A stretch of DNA of 64,000 nt from IMG/VR virus record IMGVR_UViG_3300048631_000217. One strand, written 5' to 3'. Each line of letters starts with the position of its first letter. Position 1 is the first letter of the stretch. This stretch comes from a virus (lineage: Duplodnaviria; Caudoviricetes). Of this stretch, positions 28,435 to 37,627 are shown one piece after another. The notes beneath the pieces are model-generated. The model was not told the origin of the DNA and ran no database searches. It worked only from the letters and a program-made list of their open reading frames with translations. A program made the translations under genes and the position numbers.

Positions 28435-28835
28435 GGAAGGTGAGGTGTTTCTGTTTCTAGGCACACCCCAAAGCCCACAGACCTTACGCCACTAGGGCAG
28501 TCTTAGGAGCAAAGTTTTCGTTTGCCTCTATTGGTTTGTTGCGTTAACGCAGCTTCCGCGCGTAGTCTCCACACACCGTCCAATGTCTGTCGATCCTAGT
28601 ATCAGGCCCATCAAAAACACATAAAGGGATTTAAACTACTCTCGCCGCTCGGGTCAAACGGATCTCCGGTTTATCATCCCGGTGTTCTATGGCGGCTTCC
28701 TAGACCACCATTACCCATTCCCTTTTTCGGATGTTTCATTTCTAGGAAAAATGCCACATCCTATATGTGCTTTTGGTGGACCTGTGCGGTACTGCCCCGC
28801 AGTCCAGACCATCTTCAAGTCGCTTCATCGACTAT
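28435..28835 (-). ncRNA. ssrA: Circularly permuted two-piece tmRNA: acceptor piece about 28835-28774, intervening segment 28773-28610, coding piece 28609 to about 28435
   Basis: T-arm TGCGG-GGCAGTA-CCGCA followed by CAGGTCC-A-CCA. Downstream GGGCCTG ATACTAGGATCGAC pairs with it as a 7-bp acceptor stem with G3.U70. Tag frame 28525-28484 reads ANENFAPKTALVA*. Promoter TTGACG-17-TATATA upstream. Outer ends are approximate. Confidence 0.93.
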
Positions 28836-28875
28836 GTTAGTTATATAGTATGTTTCGAATCTCTCGTCAAGTGTC

Positions 28876-29037
28876 TTATTCGAGATTGTCGGATTCAATT
28901 CCAAAACCTTGTGCAACCTCGATTCTCTTTCGGTCAATTGCGGCACTTAAACGGTTCGCCATTTCGTCATGAAAGGCTTGTTTGAAATCTGTCGGCTTCT
29001 TTTCATAGGCTGACATGATCATATCCTTGATACTCAT
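28876..29037 (-). CDS. Small helical protein, prohead core gp67-like (53 aa)
   Basis: Manual translation MSIKDMIMSAYEKKPTDFKQAFHDEMANRLSAAIDRKRIEVAQGFGIESDNLE. Confidence 0.45.
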   Translation of the reverse strand: MSIKDMIMSAYEKKPTDFKQAFHDEMANRLSAAIDRKRIEVAQGFGIESDNLE

Positions 29038-30182
29038 TTTGGTAGGTTTCCTTTATAGAGGTTTACGTTGTTCACGATGATTTCACCATACTCTTTGTGC
29101 AGAGTCTGTGCGGTCAGGCTACGTTTTGATGTATATGCAGACTGATCAGCATGGGCATCCTTGGCCGCTAGGGTGCGATAGGAACGACACAGCGCCCCGC
29201 CGATCTCCTGTTCCCGTTCATGATGAACATGGCCGGTATCCAGAAAACGCCAATATGTCTGCCCCCATTCTTCCGAGAACTTTTCGGCCATGGCCAGAAC
29301 CAGACGATTGAAATTGACCCTATCCCCGTGATGTGCCACAATCAGATTGCGTCCGTGGCGATACTTCAACCAATGCGACGGACTCCATAGGATTTCAACA
29401 CGCGGTTCATTCTCGTAGGCACACATCAGGGCTATCGCAAGCCAATGCGACTGGTCTACGTCATGGTTGCCGGGGATGCTACCAAAGATGACCTTGCCAT
29501 GCTTCTGCAAGGCTGTTTCGATACAATATCGAATGGCTCTTACCGTGGCCACCGCGATCTTGGCGAACCTTGTATCCATGTCCAGAATGTTGCCGGAATA
29601 CGGAGTCATTCCTTTATGATCATTTGCATGAAACACGTCACCAAGATTGAGGATCATGGCAGTTTCGGAATTCGGAGTCGATTCGAGTAATTGACTGATA
29701 GAACTTGTTAGAAGGTCTTCGGCAATTTTCAAATCATAATCTTCGCCCGTTTCTTCGGCATAAGAAAACATGCCCATGTGAAGATCAGCCAAAACATACT
29801 TTGTCAGTAAATCTTTTGATGTGCCCCAAGGTGCCTGAGTCGGCGGAACCTTCTCTAGACGATCCTGAAAGGCTTCGGTCATGATTTCGACAATCGTTTC
29901 ATGTTCCTTCATCTGATCTTGGGGAACATCGAAACGAAGTGAGGCGGTTTTGCTCTTTAGCCACCCGCCTCTAAGATTTGAAAGGTCTACCCCTAGTTCC
30001 CCCATGGCAGTAGATATGCCGGGGTTCATCGAATCTAAGGAAACCTTTTTCTTGGCCCGGTCAATCATATGCCGGGCGACATGGCGCGATGCCAGAGACA
30101 TTTCCGCCATGATATCCCTATGGGACATACCGGAATCGTATAGCTTCAGCGCCTGTCTTTCTTCATCACTTAAACCACTCAC
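29034..30182 (-). CDS. Calcineurin-like metallophosphoesterase with N-terminal HTH
   Basis: DLHMG, LGDVFH, GNHD, HHGD, GHVHH. Confidence 0.8.
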   Translation of the reverse strand: MSGLSDEERQALKLYDSGMSHRDIMAEMSLASRHVARHMIDRAKKKVSLDSMNPGISTAMGELGVDLSNLRGGWLKSKTASLRFDVPQDQMKEHETIVEIMTEAFQDRLEKVPPTQAPWGTSKDLLTKYVLADLHMGMFSYAEETGEDYDLKIAEDLLTSSISQLLESTPNSETAMILNLGDVFHANDHKGMTPYSGNILDMDTRFAKIAVATVRAIRYCIETALQKHGKVIFGSIPGNHDVDQSHWLAIALMCAYENEPRVEILWSPSHWLKYRHGRNLIVAHHGDRVNFNRLVLAMAEKFSEEWGQTYWRFLDTGHVHHEREQEIGGALCRSYRTLAAKDAHADQSAYTSKRSLTAQTLHKEYGEIIVNNVNLYKGNLPK

Positions 30183-30200
30183 TCATCACCTCATACGTTG

Positions 30201-30386
30201 TTAATACTCATCATTGTCGTAGAAGTTGGTCGCGAACCGTTTGGCCAGAAAACCTATGGCTAGGTTCCGTTTACCTTTTTCGATTGCGGCAGCAGCAGTC
30301 CGAATGGCGTTGTATAGGATTTCGCCCTTTTCCCGCTCGTCTCCGGTTATCTTGATTAGCAATGCTTTTTCTTCTTCGGTCAACAT
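30201..30386 (-). CDS. Hypothetical protein
   Basis: Short ORF behind TTGACA-17-TATATA (30422-30450). Confidence 0.5.
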   Translation of the reverse strand: MLTEEEKALLIKITGDEREKGEILYNAIRTAAAAIEKGKRNLAIGFLAKRFATNFYDNDEY

Positions 30387-30446
30387 TTATTACCTATTTT
30401 CGCTAGTGAATCCACATCATGTATATAAGGATAGGTCGGCTATTTG

Positions 30447-31382
30447 TCAAGATACCCAATCGACGTTATCTGGCACGTATTTGGCAATTTTGCGTCTCAC
30501 ATCATCACTTAATTCCGAAACACTACGCGGAGGTTTCCCGGTTTTCTTGACCTCGACATAATCGACCAAGCTAAAGTAACCGCCTCTATACTCACCTTTC
30601 TTGCCGGTGTACATGTTGGCGTCTTTCATACTCGCCTGACCTTCACGTCGCGGATCACCCTTCTCCCGACTAACCCAAGTGTTGTCAAATAGTTTATTAG
30701 GGATATCAACCTTGTTGAACGCGAATACAATCTCCCCGTCCATGTATTTACTGATACCCTTACCCATGTTGATGATATCGTACAAGGTGTTGGACGCACC
30801 TCTATGTGTGTTGATCAGAATCTCGACAGGCACGGTTCTAGGACGTTTCTTGTTCAGTCTGACAGCAACTTCAATATCGTTAACGATCCATACGATATGG
30901 ATGTTCTTCTTGTCGTATCCGATTTGTGAAACCTGTGTACAGATCTTGTCAAGTTTATAGAAGTCTTTTAACGTAACGTCGAAGATGATGTTGGGTCTAC
31001 GTTCGGCGTTGGCAGACAGAAGAGACCTGAATAAAGCCTGTTGCCTGCGATTGTCCAGATTAAGCACATCGGCGACGACATAATGCAACTTCGAAACGTT
31101 TTCCGGGTTTTTCATGTTATCGGCCAAAGACTTGATATCAATGTTGTAGTCTTTTTTGAGTCTGGAAATGATAGTCGGAGTGGCCGCAGCCAGCTTCTTC
31201 AACTCGTCAACGTCGAACTTGAACCCTTCTACCCCGATCAGCTTGTCATAGACATAGCCTTTTCCGCTGGCAGCACCACCCGCCAGAATGACGACTTGAC
31301 CGAATCTTGGGTAAGCCTTACCAGCAAAGGTGATCAGCTTTTCGCTTAGTTCCTGATACCCGAAATCAATGAATCCTTGCAT
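30447..31382 (-). CDS. P-loop kinase/NTPase (zeta-toxin/AAA_33-like)
   Basis: VVILAGGAASGKG Walker A; NIIFDVT; CTAAATA box upstream. Confidence 0.65.
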   Translation of the reverse strand: MQGFIDFGYQELSEKLITFAGKAYPRFGQVVILAGGAASGKGYVYDKLIGVEGFKFDVDELKKLAAATPTIISRLKKDYNIDIKSLADNMKNPENVSKLHYVVADVLNLDNRRQQALFRSLLSANAERRPNIIFDVTLKDFYKLDKICTQVSQIGYDKKNIHIVWIVNDIEVAVRLNKKRPRTVPVEILINTHRGASNTLYDIINMGKGISKYMDGEIVFAFNKVDIPNKLFDNTWVSREKGDPRREGQASMKDANMYTGKKGEYRGGYFSLVDYVEVKKTGKPPRSVSELSDDVRRKIAKYVPDNVDWVS

Positions 31383-31419
31383 GTGTTTTTGTCCTTATTA
31401 TTGATGCGTCCGTCCTTGA

Positions 31420-33855
31420 CTATTTAGGGTCAGGCTTCTTTACCGTCAATTCACCTTTCTTGATCTTGTCGGAAATCGACTTCATGGTGTCTTTATCTAC
31501 CAGACTGGTTGACCATTTGCCGTCTGCGGTCTTCTGGCCTTTCTTGGCTTCGTTCATCAGGAATTCTCCAAAGCTTTTTACTCTCATAGATTCTACCACG
31601 TATTGTTGTAGGGTGTCAATGTAGGAATTGGCCGCGTTGCCGATATAGACTGCCTTGATATGGTGCTTATCACCAACTTCCGCTATCTCGACCGGGCGGA
31701 TGATCGACATTGGGGGCAGGATAACCTCTTTCTCGTGATTCACATCCGAGAACGTAAGGATAGGTAAAACATGCGCACCTTCAGGAAGGTATATCGTCAA
31801 CCGTGAGTTGCCAGAACTACCATAAGAAATTTCCTCATTAAGTGATGTTGACATAAAGCCGGGGTCAATGATATCATCGCCGATACCGTAATCTTGCACA
31901 TTAGGTATATTTGCGTTACGAAACACCCATGTAGGCGCTTTCAGGGGGCCTATCCGTTCCATGAAACTGATGATATTTTTGACATGTTCGAAATCAGACT
32001 TATCTACAAATTTGACATCTTTTGAGTAGTTACCTCTTAGGAGAGTGTTGATATACGCGTAATCCGTGCCGGTGTATTTAAATACCGAAGAAAATTCTCG
32101 GAAGTGTTCTTTCTTGGCTTTGGAAATACTTTCTTCGTACCCTAGTTTTAAGAAATAAAGTTCGCGCGTATTGACATCTTTCTGTTGTTTCGGAGTAAAG
32201 GCGAAATGATTCACTTCAGAAAAGACGATTTCTGAGAATCCGTTACCTTCAGGAAGCGGGAATTCTAAATCAACATCGGCTTTAATTCTACTTTTGGTAG
32301 AATTTTGTATATCGTAACTAAGACTTTCAAGTTCGTTGTATTTACTTACAATTTGTGAATATAGTTTTAAACCATCTTTTGTATCGCGAATGAAATTTAT
32401 CGAATCTAGTGTCTTTTTTAGTAACTGTTCATCCTTCAATTCCCCATTATCGTCTAACAAAACTTTCTTTAAGAAGCTGGGTTTACTGCCTTCTTTAGAT
32501 AAAAAATTCTTAACGGTCGTAGTCGATAAATGACGGCTAAACCCCACCGCCGCCAACAAAGACGCCAGATCAGTCTTTCCGTCATCCAGATACTTCTTTA
32601 ACTGGTCTTGCGCCTGTTCCAACTTCGTTTGGTATTCGATAACTTTTTCGTTGGGTGGTAATTCGATAGTCTTCGCCTTCAGCTTGTTGCTGATATCGAA
32701 CACCTTTCGGCCCTCTTCGGTATCCACCAAAGACACTTCGTAACCCTTGAAATGGTATTTGGCCGAAGGTTTCAGGTTTGGTTTGCGTGGGATGCGGCGC
32801 TTGGGTTCAAGTTCATCTAATGTTTCGGCATTGACTCCGAAATCGTATCCCTTGTAGGCTTTGGTCTTGAACACTGTGTTAGGCGAATAACCTTTCTTGA
32901 TGATGAAGATGAACGATTTTCCGCCTTTGAAATAATCGTTGTACTTTACAGGAACATCCTCGAATTTCGAGACAAGTGCCCGCTTGATCAATCTCTTGGT
33001 GAACGTGTTGAAACGGGGGCTGGCGACGTTCTTCGGCACCGATATCGTTATCCCCTTGACTTGGCTTTGGATGAACATCAAAGACGCCTGAATCACATAG
33101 ACGAATGTTGACAGGGCCGGGCGGATATGGCTCGTTTTCTTGAATGACCACAACCGTTTGTTGACGTTGACGATCCGGTTCAACTCAGCAAGATAGATTC
33201 CCGACTTCGAACTACGCACCAGTGATATCAGGTACTTGTCTGAATCAATCTCGAACGCCGCATGAATGGCGTCAGGAATACGTGTATCTTCGGTCATATA
33301 GGTTTCGACCGGGCTGTTCAACGACTCGTCTAACTGATCGAATTCGTCTAGGACAGTGCTTTCCTCAACCTTCTTGTAGGCATCCACTATCACGACCTTG
33401 GGAGTCAGCCCCATCATGAAGGCGATATCCAACCGGGTGTTGCCGCCCATGATACGCAAGCGCCCATCCCGGAACCGCAGCACAATCGGCATGTTCATCG
33501 GTTGATTGTCTTCGAACGCCTTGAAGATACCGTCAATGGTCTTCTCGTTACGGTATTTCGGATAGGACGCATACCCTTTGATAAGGTCGATCAAGTCTTC
33601 CTTGGACGTGGTATTGCTGCGATATGACACCTGACGATCAAGGCTTTTGGTCAGGCGAGTCACCTCGCCTGCCTTGTAAGCTTTCTTGAAGTCTTCGAAT
33701 GTCGGCCACACATCACCTGTCATGGATTTCAAGGGCTTGATTGTATATTCTATGTCATATTCATGACGTAGCGCCTTGTCATCCATCTTCTGCCATCTGT
33801 TATAGTTGACAGATTCGTTCAGGAAGTCTTTGAAACCGCGTGGTCCTGTAGCCAT
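31420..33855 (-). CDS. Alt-like ADP-ribosyltransferase, probably head-packaged
   Basis: YTG.DYAYINTLLRG, WVFR, GFMSTS, HEKEVILP (R-S-E triad); FKDFLNES and KSFGEFLMNEA motifs. Confidence 0.8.
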   Translation of the reverse strand: MATGPRGFKDFLNESVNYNRWQKMDDKALRHEYDIEYTIKPLKSMTGDVWPTFEDFKKAYKAGEVTRLTKSLDRQVSYRSNTTSKEDLIDLIKGYASYPKYRNEKTIDGIFKAFEDNQPMNMPIVLRFRDGRLRIMGGNTRLDIAFMMGLTPKVVIVDAYKKVEESTVLDEFDQLDESLNSPVETYMTEDTRIPDAIHAAFEIDSDKYLISLVRSSKSGIYLAELNRIVNVNKRLWSFKKTSHIRPALSTFVYVIQASLMFIQSQVKGITISVPKNVASPRFNTFTKRLIKRALVSKFEDVPVKYNDYFKGGKSFIFIIKKGYSPNTVFKTKAYKGYDFGVNAETLDELEPKRRIPRKPNLKPSAKYHFKGYEVSLVDTEEGRKVFDISNKLKAKTIELPPNEKVIEYQTKLEQAQDQLKKYLDDGKTDLASLLAAVGFSRHLSTTTVKNFLSKEGSKPSFLKKVLLDDNGELKDEQLLKKTLDSINFIRDTKDGLKLYSQIVSKYNELESLSYDIQNSTKSRIKADVDLEFPLPEGNGFSEIVFSEVNHFAFTPKQQKDVNTRELYFLKLGYEESISKAKKEHFREFSSVFKYTGTDYAYINTLLRGNYSKDVKFVDKSDFEHVKNIISFMERIGPLKAPTWVFRNANIPNVQDYGIGDDIIDPGFMSTSLNEEISYGSSGNSRLTIYLPEGAHVLPILTFSDVNHEKEVILPPMSIIRPVEIAEVGDKHHIKAVYIGNAANSYIDTLQQYVVESMRVKSFGEFLMNEAKKGQKTADGKWSTSLVDKDTMKSISDKIKKGELTVKKPDPK

Positions 33856-34211
33856 TGAAGATACTCCGTGTCGTATGTGATCGTGATAGGGTTGGTGGAT
33901 TGCTGGTATTCATACATAACGTTCCACACATCCATGTAGAATCGTTCACGCCACTCGTCATCAACCGACGATTTGAAATTGTCATAATCAATTCGGTCAA
34001 CGTTCTCTTTGATCTTTCGAGACACGTAGTTACGATCCAAGAACACCCGGAAAGCGTAATCGGACCCTTCGTTGAACGAAACGGACTTAGGATCGACTTC
34101 GGGAAATGCCGCTTCGATATCCCCCTCGATCCGTGCCCGCACCAGTAGCCTTTCCGGGTTATCGTAATCTTCTACGATAGACAGGAAAGAATTATTCATG
34201 AAAATCCACAT
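33819..34211 (-). CDS. Conserved hypothetical protein
   Basis: MWIF...FLSIV; LLVRAR; DYAFR; IDYDNFKSSV; own promoter at 34246-34274. Confidence 0.7.
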   Translation of the reverse strand: MWIFMNNSFLSIVEDYDNPERLLVRARIEGDIEAAFPEVDPKSVSFNEGSDYAFRVFLDRNYVSRKIKENVDRIDYDNFKSSVDDEWRERFYMDVWNVMYEYQQSTNPITITYDTEYLQWLQDHAVSKTS

Positions 34212-34323
34212 AGAACACCTATACGTTTCTGCTTCTTACATATGACATATAGGTGTTCTGTGCGGTTTTGTCAAGGTTATTTAGACATATAGTATTCTAG
34301 AAAGGCGGTCTAATTTTTCTACT

Positions 34324-34554
34324 TCACGTCTTGCTGTTAAAGATAGCGGCCACCAGAACCGCTTGCCTGCGCCCGGTGCCCGCCTTGATCTTGCGACCCG
34401 TATCTACAATACGCCCCTGCCTTTTCAGACCAGCATAGCGAGCCGTCACGGTCGGGTATGAGTATTGAGGCAGACGTTTCAAGATCTCTTCGCTCGTGAT
34501 ACCCTCGCTTCCAGATGCGACAACGACCTTGTAGATTTCATCACTGACACACAT
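34324..34554 (-). CDS. Small winged-HTH protein
   Basis: GITSEEI...VTARYAGLKRQGRIVDTG. Confidence 0.6.
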   Translation of the reverse strand: MCVSDEIYKVVVASGSEGITSEEILKRLPQYSYPTVTARYAGLKRQGRIVDTGRKIKAGTGRRQAVLVAAIFNSKT

Positions 34555-34556
34555 GG

Positions 34557-35750
34557 TTATAGGCCCCTTTCCGTAGACTTATAAAGGGGATTGGCGACAA
34601 GCCGCATACCCTTCTTTTCGATTTCTTCTTGTCCAGCAAAATACACCCTGCGGCATGTCAGGTGCATTTGTCTTGTGCAAGCCACCCCCATCACATCAGA
34701 CGGTTTGACCAAGACGCGGAACATGACTCTATCGGTATTCTTGCCATACATCGACACGTCTTTTCCGACAAAAATGTAAGGCGGGTTGTTTTCTTCTGTT
34801 GCCATATGTGCCTGATAGGTCAATTTTGACGAATGTACCGGGGATGTGAAAACCATCGGATCATCCGTTTTCTTGACATACTTGAACGTTTCGACATAGT
34901 ATTCGTCGCCGATCATTTTCCAATGATCAGGCAGGGTTTCCCCGTCTTTCGAAGTGTATGAGAAAGGTGCATCGTCACGCGGAAACACCAATATCTTGCC
35001 GTCTTTCTGGGTCTTGAAATATCGGTAATCGCCCGTCTTGTCAAGTCTTGCGATCAGCACATCGGAAGATATGTCAATCGGTTCGTTATCGCTGTAACAA
35101 GCGTATTCGAAATCTTCGGCGTTGGTCAACACATCCAAGACGTTTTCAAGACTGTATTCCTTGTCTTCTGTCATAAGACGGATCTTCTTTCCGTAGAACC
35201 CGCCGATACTTTCTTCCAACTCTGTCCAAGATTTCGGAATACCCCGTAGCGCCACCGCAATCCCGATCTTCATCAACTCTGCTTTGGGGATATGATAACC
35301 CTTCTTGCGATACTTGTTTGTTCGCACAAGGCTGGCAAAGGGGTACTTCGTTCCGGGGTTGAAATGAATGACACGCGCCGCGTTGTCTTTCCAGAAATCA
35401 TCCCCATAGACGAATTGATACGTATCCATATCATACGCGCCCATACACACCGAGAAGTCGAACGACTCGAAAATCTTGTCGCTTGTGTCATAGTATGTGT
35501 CAATGACGACTTGCGCAATCGCCCGCGCACCTTCATTGTCATGGACTTTGTATAACAGATAGGTCAGCGCCTTGTCGCTGATATTGATCAACTCACCCTC
35601 ACTACCCAAGATATCTATGGCTGAGTACAGCCCTTCGACATGCTTCGGATAGATGTCGTAATCGGCAATGGGTTGCTTGGTCATACGCGACCTGACAGCA
35701 CCCCCGGCTAACCAACACCCCGGAATATCAACTTCAAAACAACTAGCCAT
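34557..35750 (-). CDS. Nucleotidyltransferase (polyA polymerase/CCA-enzyme head-like)
   Basis: LAGGAVRS...ADYDIY; FDFSVC. Confidence 0.65.
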   Translation of the reverse strand: MASCFEVDIPGCWLAGGAVRSRMTKQPIADYDIYPKHVEGLYSAIDILGSEGELINISDKALTYLLYKVHDNEGARAIAQVVIDTYYDTSDKIFESFDFSVCMGAYDMDTYQFVYGDDFWKDNAARVIHFNPGTKYPFASLVRTNKYRKKGYHIPKAELMKIGIAVALRGIPKSWTELEESIGGFYGKKIRLMTEDKEYSLENVLDVLTNAEDFEYACYSDNEPIDISSDVLIARLDKTGDYRYFKTQKDGKILVFPRDDAPFSYTSKDGETLPDHWKMIGDEYYVETFKYVKKTDDPMVFTSPVHSSKLTYQAHMATEENNPPYIFVGKDVSMYGKNTDRVMFRVLVKPSDVMGVACTRQMHLTCRRVYFAGQEEIEKKGMRLVANPLYKSTERGL

Positions 35751-36012
35751 TCACACACCTCGCATTCAATATTTCATTGTACAATTCATGTTTCACTGTG
35801 TCGTTGCCCGACTCCCTGAGCAAACGTAACAACAATTCTCTATCAGATTCTTTCAGAAGAATGTAGCCTAGATCACGATCCACTTGCAACATTTCCAAGA
35901 ATTCGATATGATGATGCTGGTTTCGCTTGAAACAGTATTCGATGACTGTGTACCAGTCATCCGAGTCTTCACACTCTTTATTGATCGTTTTGAGAATATC
36001 AAGAATGTCCAT
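35743..36012 (-). CDS. Hypothetical protein
   Basis: ORF tiling the operon. Confidence 0.5.
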   Translation of the reverse strand: MDILDILKTINKECEDSDDWYTVIEYCFKRNQHHHIEFLEMLQVDRDLGYILLKESDRELLLRLLRESGNDTVKHELYNEILNARCVNG

Positions 36013-36016
36013 AGCT

Positions 36017-36505
36017 TCAGAGAATCTTCATGTAACGTGCGTTGATTTCGACAATCACATCTTCGATATCGGTAACATAGGGAATATCGTAGTATTCACA
36101 AAACATCACGACATTGCCATACCGCTCGTAACCCGGATTGACGCATACAATCGTATCCTCAGACGACGCATAGGCACCTAGTTCAAGCAAGGTAATCGGT
36201 GAAATTGTGTCTGGTGCGAAGTAGTATACCATGAAATCGGCATTCTCCTGCGCATCCATTTCCCATGTTACCTGATCGTAGAAGGGATTCCCCTTCTCGG
36301 GAATCTGTTCCCAAGAGGAATCCCAATCATCGCGCCGGGGGTTTAGAACCTCTAGGTTATCCGGCCACCCACTTAACCGTTCGATGACGTAATCCTGCCA
36401 TCTTTCTGCCTTGCCCATTTCTATAGAACCGCCAAGGAACACCTTTAACTCAGCATTGCTTGGCTGATAGATCGGAGATTCGGCGCTAGGTTTCTTGACT
36501 AACAT
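36017..36505 (-). CDS. Nucleoside 2-deoxyribosyltransferase-like protein
   Basis: VFLGGSI; WQ; NPRR; QVTWE; SPITLLELG. Confidence 0.8.
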   Translation of the reverse strand: MLVKKPSAESPIYQPSNAELKVFLGGSIEMGKAERWQDYVIERLSGWPDNLEVLNPRRDDWDSSWEQIPEKGNPFYDQVTWEMDAQENADFMVYYFAPDTISPITLLELGAYASSEDTIVCVNPGYERYGNVVMFCEYYDIPYVTDIEDVIVEINARYMKIL

Positions 36506-36565
36506 ACAGGTTTCCTTTCATTCGATAACCTTTCTGACAAATCTTTGGGAAAGAGGGGTAGCGGC

Positions 36566-37555
36566 TTACGCCGCTACCTTGCGTTCAATATCAGGCGACT
36601 TGGCGGCATATTCGACCGCCTTTTGCAGCGCCTTGTACTTGAGGTTCAGGTTAGGGCCATACCACGCCGATTGCAAGCGGGTATCGGGGCGGTAGCCCAT
36701 GACGTGATCGGTCATGTAGGTGATAGCGTTGAACGCCGTCCACCATGTTCCTTGGGCATATTCGGCCCCCGGTTGCACGTCGATTGCCGCCATAGCCGCC
36801 TTGCCGTTCCGAGAAAGTTCTTTCTCGTCTTTCTTGTCGCGCCCGAGCAATTCGCCGAAATACTCTTCCATGACAGACCGTTCGGCCTTACGCGACCCGA
36901 TGAACGATGCCATTTCCTTGTATTGCGACATTTTCAGGCTGGCGATGTTCAGCATGTCCGTCACCTTTTCGGCATCGAACACCGTCCGGTGATCCATCTT
37001 GACCGCCTGAGCCGCCGCCTTCGATTGGGCCAGAACCAGCGTGTTATTGCAGACCACCCGGATAGGCGTGAATCGCACGTCGATCCCTTTACCGTATTGG
37101 TGCGGATTCGTGAACAGAAGGTTGCCTTCGACTACATCCCCACCGAACAATTCGAATTTGTCGGTCAGTTTGGCCATGGCCCACACGACTTCCCCACCTT
37201 TCAGAGAACCCGCCGTGTGCATCTGCATGTTACCGGCTTCGACAAACTTCGTGAAGAAATCGAATGCGTCTTCGTTCTGGACGGGATACCAGCGGCGTCC
37301 CACGGTCGTCAGAAGCTTCCCGTCAGATTCCCGAACAAGGGCCTTCATATCCGTGGCGATTTTGGTCCGTTCGCCGTTGATGAACGTCTCTGCAAAAGTC
37401 GGCACCAGCTTGACGCGCCAGTCAAGCCCCGCCGCCTGCATGATCTCTTGCGGCGACAGATCGGCAGGCACTTCCGTCCCGAGTCCATGCCAAGGGACTT
37501 CACCAACATAAGCCATCTGCGCCTTGCCATTTACCATTTCAAGTTCATGTGACAT
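36566..37555 (-). CDS. DUF932 family phage/plasmid protein
   Basis: PWHGLG; AGLDW.V; VQNEDAFDF; TAGSLKGG; FTPIRVVCNNTL; promoter TTGACG-17-TATATT at 37581-37609. Confidence 0.85.
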   Translation of the reverse strand: MSHELEMVNGKAQMAYVGEVPWHGLGTEVPADLSPQEIMQAAGLDWRVKLVPTFAETFINGERTKIATDMKALVRESDGKLLTTVGRRWYPVQNEDAFDFFTKFVEAGNMQMHTAGSLKGGEVVWAMAKLTDKFELFGGDVVEGNLLFTNPHQYGKGIDVRFTPIRVVCNNTLVLAQSKAAAQAVKMDHRTVFDAEKVTDMLNIASLKMSQYKEMASFIGSRKAERSVMEEYFGELLGRDKKDEKELSRNGKAAMAAIDVQPGAEYAQGTWWTAFNAITYMTDHVMGYRPDTRLQSAWYGPNLNLKYKALQKAVEYAAKSPDIERKVAA

Positions 37556-37627
37556 AATTTGTCTCCCTCTCTATGATAGGAATATATGTCAGCCGTCATA
37601 CCACGTCAAGACTTTTGTGGAAAAACT

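Noticed and set aside
28414-28464. N-terminal extension of ORF 28225..28464, and ORF 28767..28985 (+)
   Set aside because: Both overlap the tmRNA; a better SD/ATG exists at 28413
28774-28806. Stand-alone tRNA gene
   Set aside because: Only the T-arm and 3' acceptor strand are present; the partner strand lies 164 nt downstream, as expected for a permuted tmRNA
36545-37552. 335-aa plus-strand ORF
   Set aside because: Antisense shadow of the DUF932 gene; no motifs or SD
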